64,000 nt of DNA from positions 310,001 through 374,000 of the forward strand of contig JAPDFW010000044.1 in NCBI GenBank assembly GCA_028826165.1, read 5' to 3'. Positions 55,279-64,000 of the stretch are shown one piece after another; position 1 is the first letter of the stretch, and the number at the start of each line of letters is the position of its first letter. The translations under genes were made by a program, and so were the position numbers. This stretch comes from Anaeramoeba ignava BMAN. Lineage: Eukaryota > Protista > Anaeramoebae. A model generated the notes under the pieces. The model was given only the letters and a program-made list of their open reading frames with translations, had not been told where the DNA came from and searched no databases.

Positions 55279-56468
55279 ATGAATTTCTTTTTATCATTTC
55301 TTTTTCTAATTCTTTTAATAAAAATTTCCATTTCAGATTCACAAAAAGAAAGTAAAAATAAAAATAAAAAAATAATTGAAAAAAATAATTGAAAAAAAAA
55401 TATATAAAAAAATATCAATAAATAAAAGGTGTATGTGATATAACAGCAGATGTAATATTTCTATTAGATCATTCACAAAGCGTATTACCAAGTGATTGGC
55501 AAGAAGTAGAAAATTTTGTAAATGATGGAGTTGATAAGTTAAAAATATCACCAAATGGAGCAAGAGCAGGAATTATACAATTTGCTGGCACAGCAGTTCT
55601 TACCATGTGCCTTACAGGTACCAAATGCGCCATTGAAATAGGGCTATCAAATCAGCCTACGATTGGTACCACAACAAACCTAGTCGAAGCCTTATCATTA
55701 GCAAAGCAAACTTTTGATCAACAAGGTCGTGATGGACAGAAAATTGCCATTCTTTTGACAGACGGAAATGACAATCACAATAGCGCAAGTGATATCATAG
55801 CCGCAGCAAACTCACTGAAGAATGACGATGTTGATATTTATTGTATTGGCGTTGATAATAATTCAACTAATAAGGAAGATATGATGAAGGCGTTGGAAGC
55901 AATTTCCAGTCAGCCACCTCAAAATTATGTCATATATGTCCAGCAAGGCTTCGCAGGTCTTACTGGCATGCTGGATGATCTTCTCAACAACTCGTGTGAG
56001 GATGAAACAAAGACAAGATGCCCTGCTGCACTCATCATGCTTGCTATTCTCCTGTTGTTGCACTTGTTCCACTTATTGCCGATTTTTCAAAGACAACCAA
56101 AAGTTCAAAAATACACTTATTGGGTTCATTATTTGGCTCTTTTCTTCACCGTTCTTTCTTTCATTTTAATTTGTGGAATGATTTCTACTAGCGATCCAAA
56201 AAAACAAAGTAAAATTTGCACTTCTGTTATTGTCTTCTTAAGTTTTGCTATTGCTGGTTCAATTGCCGTTATTTTTATTTTATGGAGAAATCAACGTGCT
56301 ATTGCTGCTCAAAAAGGTATCTCAAAAGCTGGTTTGGCTGCTCTTGAATCTGCTGATTCAACTCCTGCTGGAATGAATACTTTTAGAAAAGAAGAAACAA
56401 AAGTGGATCAACCTTATTCAAAAATAACGGATGATTTGGATTCCCATTTATTTCATGGAGATAATTAA
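55279..56468 (+). CDS. vWA (MIDAS) domain membrane protein with 3 C-terminal TM helices; probable short signal-peptide exon
   Basis: The frame upstream of ORF 55605 reads CDITADVIFLLDHSQS (DxSxS) ... ARAGIIQFA, then TNL..AL, ILLTDG, IYCIGV. Intron about 55352-55428; the start is approximate. Confidence 0.8.
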
Positions 56469-56631
56469 TTTGAATTGAATTGAATTGAATTGAATTAAAT
56501 TTTTTTTTTTTTTGATGAGAAAAAAAATTTTTTTACTTTTAAGTTCTTTTTTTTTTGCTTTTTTTCAAATTTAATTAAAAAAAAATTTTTTCATTTTTTT
56601 CATTTTTTTCATTTTTTTCATTTTTAAAATA

Positions 56632-58747
56632 ATGCTTAAATATAGAAGAATTCGTTATTTAAAAACAATTTCAGGAAGAAATTTTGATTTAGATTTAATT
56701 CAACATCCTTTAATTTATTTTACTTTAGAAACAAGTATTTTTTTTCATTTAAAAATTTTTAATAAAAAAATTAAAATTAATTTAACTTCTTTCATTTATA
56801 TTTAGTTGATTCATCAAATTCAAATAATGAAGTTAAATCATTTTATATTAGCGAACAATTATCAGATACTCTTGTAACTTTTAATTAATTTAATAGAGAA
56901 AAAATTTAAATGAAAATTTAAATTAAAAAAATTTTAAATTTAATTTAGAATCCAGATTGGTTACAATTAGATAATATTCCAAAAGAGAATTTAATTCAGG
57001 AAAACTTTAAAATTAAAATTTGGAGTAATAATGGAATAATTTATGAAGAAATTATTTATTTATCAAAATTACAATTTATTTGTAAAAATGTAAAAAACAA
57101 TTTTTTTAAAAATTTTTTATTATTTTTATTTAAATTTTTGTTTATTCAAAAAAGTTAAAAGAGTTAAAAATAAATTTTCCAAATCAATCCATTCTATTTG
57201 AATTATTGGATGGAATTTATGCAACTTCTAAAATTGTTGATAAAATTGTAAATAAAATTAAAATTAAAAATTAAAAATTAAAAATTAATAATTAATAATT
57301 AATAATTAAAAAATAGTCTGCAATTTATAAAGTTTGTCTTCCAAATAAGAAAATAGAAACAAATTCAAATGAAAATCTTTTAAAAATTATTGAGTAAAAA
57401 ATATATCAAAAAAAATATGAAAAAAAAAAAATTTTCTTATCATTAATTTAAATTTAGTTTTACATTTTCATGTAAAAAATTGAGAGAATTAAAACAAGAA
57501 CAAGAAGAAATGATGGGAAATATTGAAGAAAAATTTTCAAATGAAAGAGAAATTGTTTCCAAAATAAATTATTTACAAGAACAACATATTGAGAAAAAAA
57601 GACTTAAAAAAATTTTAAAATTTAAACGACAACTTTTAGAACAAGGTTTAAATTGAATAAATTTATAAAAAATATTTAAATTGGAAAAATTTTTAAAAAA
57701 TATTTAAATTGATTTAAAAAGAAAAAAAAAGATTTGAAGAGAAAAAAAAGGATATAACAAAAAGAACATCAAATTTAATTAAAGGATTAGAAAGTTTGAA
57801 AGAAAGTAAACAAAATTTAGTGATAGAAGAACAAAAACTAAGAAATATGTTGTAAAAAAAAAATAAATCAAAAAAAATAATCCAAAAATATTATTCAAAA
57901 AAAAATAATAATTCAAAAAAAAATAAATAATAAATAAAAATATAGTAAAGAACATCAAAAACTTATTAGTTGTATTAAATCAAGAAAAGAAACAATGCTT
58001 CAAGATATTCAAAAAATATTTCCTATTGAAAAACTTCCTGATAATAATGGATATTTAATTGAAAAAGTTGAATTTTTACATATTAATCATAATAATAATA
58101 CAGATGAAAAAATTTCAACTTGTTTAGGTTTTTTAGCACAAATTTTACATATACTTTCTCTTTATTTAGAAGTAAATTAAAAAGCAATTTAAAACGATCC
58201 AAAAAAATTTAATTTAAATTTTTATAAAAAAAAAAAAAGGTTCCTTTAAGATATCCTATTGAATTAAAAGGTTCTCGTTCAACAATTTGTGATGAAATTT
58301 CTTCAAATATTCAAACAAGGTTTTTCTTTTTAAAATTTAAAATTATAAAATTTATATTCATTTATTTATAAAAATAGTTTTCCACTTTATCTTAAAAATG
58401 TTTCAAGAGAAAAATTTCTTCTTTCAATTCTTTTTCTTAATACAAATCTTAAACAGGTTTATTTTTTTTTTAATCATTTTCTTTCTTTTTAAAAAAAATA
58501 TTTAATTTAATTTTTTTTAAAATTATTTTTAGATTATTTTTTCTCAACAAATTACATTAAATTCATTAAAAGAATCATTAGAAAATATTATGAAATTTAT
58601 GACATTTAAAAAGTAAATTTTTATTTTATTATTTTTATTCCACTTTTTTATTTATATTTTTTATTCCACTTTTTTTTAATTATTTTTTTATAAAATAGTT
58701 CATCAAAAGAAGATTCAAATGATAATATTAAAACAAGATTTGATTGA
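56632..58747 (+). CDS. UVRAG: UVRAG/Vps38 (PI3KC3 complex II subunit), intron-rich
   Basis: RRIRYLKTISGRN; FYISEQLSDTL|NPDW; ILFELLDGIY; ISTCLGFLAQILHILSLYLE|VPLRYPIELKGSRSTICDEI; FPLY...FLLSILFLNTNLKQ. Confidence 0.85.
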
Positions 58748-58882
58748 AAAAAGAAAATTTAATTGAAAAATTTATTTTTATTTTTTTTTAATAAATTATT
58801 TTTTTTCATTTTTTTTTTCTTCATAATTTTTTAAAATAAAAAAAAATTTAAAAATTAAAAATTTAAATTAAAAAAATTTAAA

Positions 58883-61646
58883 ATGGCAGCACCAGAACAT
58901 TTTGGTTAATTTTTTAAATTTATTTCTTAATAATTTTAAAAAGAAAAATTTAATAAAAAAAATTTTATTTAAAAAAAAAAAAAAAGATAAATCAAAAATA
59001 ATTGAAGAAGAATTTTCAATTTGGAAGAAAAATGCACCATTTCTTTATGATTTATTATTTACTTTTCCAATAGAAACAGAAATATCAAGCATTGAATGGT
59101 TTCCAATAAATTCAAAGTGAAAAAAAAAATAAAGAAAAGAAAAAAAGAAAAAAATTAAAAAATTTATATCAAAAAAAAATTTAATTTAGAAATTCAACTC
59201 AAAATTCAAAAAATATTCAAGAAATTGTTTTAGGATCAAAATCCAAAAAATTAGAAGATAATTTTCTTTATTTTTTATCAATAAATATACCTATTGATGA
59301 AACACAATTTGATTCACAAGAAAATCAAAAATCAACAATTCAAACAAAAAAGCAAAATTTAGAAGATCATCCAATGATTAGAATTGTTGATAAAATTCAA
59401 CATCAAGGAAATGTTAATAAAGTTAGAATTATGCCTCAAAATTCTAATATTATTTCTACAATTACAAATAAAGGAAAAATATTTATTTATGATATTTCCA
59501 AAATATCAAATACTTATGAAAATATAAATCAAAAAGAAAAACAAATTTTAAATAAGAATCCAATATTAGAATATAATATTTCTGAAGGAGGGTTTGATAT
59601 TTATTATTAAATATTTGATTTGGAATATTAAATATTAAATATTTTTTTTTTTAAATTAGAAATGGATTATCTTGGAATTATCAAAAAGAAGGATTTTTAT
59701 TAACAGGAAATTATAAAGGAGAAATTGATATTTTTAATATTAATGCAGAAAAAAAAGAAACAATTCAAAATAAGAAAATGGATTCAGAAATTAAAGTAAA
59801 AATCAATTAATAATTATATATTGATAATAATTGGATATAAATCAAAAAATTTTAAAAAAAGCATGTTTCTTGGCATAAAAAAAGAGATTCATTATTTGGA
59901 GTTACAAGTAAAAATAAAAAGTTTACTATATTTGATACAAGAGAATTAACAGGTCCTTTATATGAAATAGAAGGACATGAAGGAGAAGTTAATTATCTTG
60001 ATTTTCATCCACATTCTGAATTTATTTTTGCAACATGTTCTTCTGATCATGTATATATAAAAATTATATTTTGGATTATATATAAAAATTATATTTTGGA
60101 TTGAATTTAAAATTATATTTTGGATTGAAATATTAAAATTATATTTTGAATTGAATTTTTAAAATTATATTTTGAATTGAAATATTAAAATTATATTTTG
60201 AATTGAAATTATATTTTGAATTGAAATATTAAAATTATATTTTGAATTGAAATATTAAAATTATATTTTGGATTGAAATATTAAAATTATATTTTGAATT
60301 GAAATATTAAAATTATATTTTGAATATTAAAATTATATTTTGAATTGAATATAAAAATTATATTTTGAATTGAAATATTTAAAATTATATTTTGAATTGA
60401 AATATTAAAATTATATTTTGAATTGAAATATTAAAATTATATTTTGAATTGAATTAAAAATTATTAAAATTATATTTTTGAAATTGATTGAATATTAAAA
60501 TTATAATTTTGAATATTAAAATTATATTTTGGATTGAAATATTAAAATTATATTTTGAATTGAAATTTTAGATATTTTGAATTGAAATATTAAAATTATA
60601 TTTTGAATTGAATTTAAAATTATATTTTGAATTGAATTAAAATATTTTGAATTATAAAATTTATTTTGAATTGAAATATTAAAATTATATTTTGGATTGA
60701 AATATTAAAATTATATTTTGGATTGAAATATTAAAATTATATTTTGAATTGAAATATTAAAATTATATTTTGAATTGAAATATTAAAATTATATTTTGAA
60801 TTGAAATATTATTTTGAATATTAAAAATTATATTTTGAATTGAAATTTAAAATTATATTTTTGAATTGAAATATTAAAATTTATTATTTTGAAAATTAAA
60901 AATATTTTAAAATTATATTATTTTTGAATTGAAATATTGATTTGAAATATTAAAATTATATTTTGGATTGAATTTTAAAATTATATTTTGAATTGAAATA
61001 TTAAAATTATATTTTGAATTGAAATATTAAAATTATATTTTGAATTGAAATATTAAAATTATATTTTGAATTGAAATATTAAAATTATAAATTGAAATTT
61101 TAAAATTATATTTTGAATTGAAATATTAAAATTATTTTTTGAATTGAAATTTAAAATTGAAAAAAAAAATAGACTGTTAAACTTTGGGATATTAGAGTTT
61201 TACCAAAATATTTACATGTTTTATCAAAACATGAAGAATCAGTTAATTGTGTTAAATGGAATCCATTTATTTTAAATAGTACAATTTTATCAAGTTCAGG
61301 AGAAGATCAAAAAATAGCAATTTGGGATTTAGAAAAAATAGGGAAAATGCAAGAAAAAGATGATATAGAAGATGGACCTCCTGAATTATTAGTAAATAAA
61401 ATTATTTTTGAATTTGAATTTGAATTTGAATTTAAATATAAAAAATTTAAATATTTTAAAAATTGGAAATAGTTTTTACATGCTGGTCATATAAATAAAA
61501 TTAATGATTTTGATTGGTCTTATGGTGAATCTTGGACTATTGGAAGTATTGAAAATGATTTTCTTCAAATTTGGCAAATTACAGAAAATATTTATAATGA
61601 AGAACAAGAACAAATTGAAATTGAATCAAAATCTCAAATTAAATAA
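58883..61646 (+). CDS. RBBP4: WD40 histone-binding protein, RBBP4/7-MSI1-Hat2 family
   Basis: IEEEFSIWKKNAPFLYD; IQHQGNVNKVRIMPQN; GHEGEVNYLDFHPHSEFIFATCSSD|TVKLWD; EDGPPELL|FLHAGH..KINDFDW. Confidence 0.9.
60051..61152. repeat. 1.1-kb intron made of a ~26-bp minisatellite AAAATTATATTTTGAATTGAAATATT
   Basis: GT at 60051, AG at 61151-61152, tandem unit throughout. Confidence 0.9.
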
Positions 61647-61737
61647 AAATTTAAAAAATTTAAAAGAAAATTTATTATTAAATTGAAATTGAAATTGAAT
61701 TTGAATTTGAATTTGAAAATTTGTTTTGTCTTTTTTT

Positions 61738-62907
61738 TTATAATCCTGATAATTTTTCAATTAAAATAGTTTGTGATTCAATTAATTGAGATAAATAAGT
61801 AAGCATTAAAGAATCTTCAATATCATCACTTAATACTCTTTCAATTTCTTTTTCCATTAAATGTTTTTTTTCAAATTCAATAATTTCCATAAAAGAATAT
61901 TTAAATTTATTCTTCATTTGATTCAATTTTAATTCATCAAGAATAGTAACATCTAAATTATTAACTTGATTTTGAATTTTATCAATTTTTTTTTGAAGAT
62001 TTTTGACCATAATTTCAAGTTGTTTTTTTGGAGTTGATTTAACAATATTTTCAACTCCATGTTCATTTTGATCAGAAATTAACATAGATAAAGCATTTCT
62101 TTGATGATTTAAAGAAGAAAAGTAATGAGGGATTAAATTAAAATATGTTCCCAAAATTTCATTTGCAAACTGAATAACTTCAACTTGAAACACTTTGATT
62201 TGAGGATTATTTTCCTTAGTAAATTTTTTGGTATTAAGAGTCAAAGTAATTGGATTATTTGATTTCAAGGAATTATTGTCTAAGAAGTCCTTGATTAGAA
62301 TAGGTGATGGAGTTGTTGAATACCATCCAAGAATTTTTTCATTTTTAAATGTTTCTTTGTGAAACTTGAGCATTTCTAATAAAGATTTTATCTGATAATT
62401 TTTACTTCTAATATAATCACTTTCTAAATCTTGATTTGTTTTTGTAATGTTTTGAGAACTTTTTTCTTGGTCTTGTTTATCTTTATTGTTTTCAATATTT
62501 TTTTCTTGATTTAAATTTTCATTTGAATTTTCATTTGAATTTTGATTTGAATTTTGATTTGAATTTTCATTTTGTTTTTCTTCTTTTTTTCGATTTTTTT
62601 GAAAAAGTTTTTCTCGATGTTCAAGAAGTTCTTTTGTTTTTTCATCATTTTTATATGGAATAGGAATGCAATTTGTTATTTCCGTTATTGATAAATTTTG
62701 AGAGTTAAAATTTTCAATTAAATTTTCTTGATTTTCTGATAAATTTTTTCTTTTAAAACCAAGAAGAACTCCTATTGCTTCACTATTGGATCTTCTCATA
62801 TAATCTTCTATTATTGTTAAAATTACTAATGGATGAATTATTATTGTTTTTTTTTTTGTGTAATTTAATTGACTTGTTTTTTGTGTAATTTTATTTTTAT
62901 TTTCCAT
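61738..62907 (-). CDS. EIF3F: MPN- domain protein, eIF3 subunit F-like
   Basis: IHPLVILTIIEDYMRR..AIGVLLG, ITNCIPIP, NEKILGWYST and C-terminal DSLMLTYLSQLIESQTILIEKL. Confidence 0.75.
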   Translation of the reverse strand: MENKNKITQKTSQLNYTKKKTIIIHPLVILTIIEDYMRRSNSEAIGVLLGFKRKNLSENQENLIENFNSQNLSITEITNCIPIPYKNDEKTKELLEHREKLFQKNRKKEEKQNENSNQNSNQNSNENSNENLNQEKNIENNKDKQDQEKSSQNITKTNQDLESDYIRSKNYQIKSLLEMLKFHKETFKNEKILGWYSTTPSPILIKDFLDNNSLKSNNPITLTLNTKKFTKENNPQIKVFQVEVIQFANEILGTYFNLIPHYFSSLNHQRNALSMLISDQNEHGVENIVKSTPKKQLEIMVKNLQKKIDKIQNQVNNLDVTILDELKLNQMKNKFKYSFMEIIEFEKKHLMEKEIERVLSDDIEDSLMLTYLSQLIESQTILIEKLSGL

Positions 62908-63064
62908 TTATTTAATTATTATTTAAAAAAATGAAAAAAAAAATTAAAAAAAAAATTTTTAATTTAAAAAAAAGGAGAAAAAAAAAATAATTTTTCTTCT
63001 TTTCATTTTTCATTTTTTTTCTTTTTTTCTTTTTAATAAATTAAATTATGTATCAACGTAAACT

Positions 63065-64000
63065 TCAAAATCAAAATCAAAATCAAAATCAAAATACAAA
63101 TCAAAATCAAAATCAAAATACAAATCAAAATCAAAATCAAAATCAAAATCAAAATCAAAATCAAAAATCAAAATCAAAATCAAAATCAAAATCAAAATCA
63201 AAATCAAAATCAAAATCAAAATCAAAATCAAAATACAAAATCAAAATCAAAATCAAAATACAAATCAAAATACAAATCAAAATCAAAATCAAAATACAAA
63301 TCAAAATACAAAATCAAAATCAAAATCAAAATCAAAATCAAAATCAAAAAAAAATACAAATCAAAATACAAATCAAAATCAAAACAATACAAAACCAATT
63401 AAAAATCCAAGAAGAATTAATCAAAATACAAATCAAAATACAAATCAAAATCTTCAAAATCAAAATCAAAATCAAAATCAAAATCAAAATCAAAATACAA
63501 ATCAAAATCAAAATACAAATCAAAATCAAAATCAATTAAAAATCCAAGAATCAAAATCAAAAATACAAATCAAAAAAAATCAAAATCAAAATACAAATCA
63601 AAAATAAAAATAAAATCAAAATACAAAAAAAAAAATAAAAAATCAAAAAGAAAATCAAAATCAAAATAATTAATCAAAATCAAAATCACAAATCAAAATC
63701 AAAATACAAAATCAAAATCAAAATCAATTAAAAATCCAAGAAGAATTAATCAAAATCAAAAAAAAAAATCAAAAAAAATCAAAATCAAAATCAAAAAAAA
63801 AAACAAAATCAAAATACAAAAAAATCAAAATAAAAAAAAAAATCAAAATCAAAAAAATCAATTAATCAAAAATCAAAATCAAAAATCAAAATCAAAATCA
63901 AAAAGTCAAAATCAAATCAAAATCAAAATCAAAATCAAAATCAAAATACAAATCAAAATCAAAATCAAAATCAAAATCAAAATCAAAATCAAAATCAAAA
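63065..64000. repeat. (TCAAAA)n-derived low-complexity tract, possibly an intron after a tiny first exon ATGTATCAAC|GT at 63048
   Basis: Direct inspection; it runs off the window end. Confidence 0.75.

Noticed and set aside
15804-56468. FG-GAP receptors plus the vWA protein as a true integrin alpha/beta pair
   Set aside because: No GFFKR tail, no cysteine-rich EGF stalk or NPxY motif; only domain-level resemblance.
63046-63539. ORFs of QN/KS/KI dipeptide repeats
   Set aside because: Translation of a TCAAAA low-complexity tract.

Overview
Extremely AT-rich, gene-dense eukaryotic DNA with GT-AG introns and standard code. It is a protist; the RCC1-BTB and BTB-TLDc expansions and the low-complexity style resemble the metamonad Anaeramoeba, but that assignment is inference. 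Housekeeping genes (ABCC transporter, PMCA Ca2+-ATPase, NBAS/Sec39, CENP-N, RPP30, UVRAG/Vps38, RBBP4/MSI1-like, eIF3f-like) are interspersed with expanded, diversifying families: RCC1-BTB genes and fragments, an ARM-RCC1-BTB fusion, two FG-GAP-propeller/FN3 membrane receptors and two divergent BTB-TLDc genes. The standout observation is in the BTB-TLDc genes. Each has its TLDc domain split at the same position (GPIFGG|GDI) by a ~3.2 kb array of ~180-bp tandem repeats. Each repeat unit is a complete GT...AG intron, and consecutive units are separated by a variable, usually 3-nt, micro-exon (16 in the + gene, 17 in the - gene). In the + gene, joining all of them gives a stop-free loop DYYDYDSLSYDGYDIL. 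This looks like a codon-by-codon combinatorial splicing cassette that diversifies one loop of a putative Cullin3 adaptor. Several single-base frameshifts, some in homopolymer runs, suggest long-read assembly indels.
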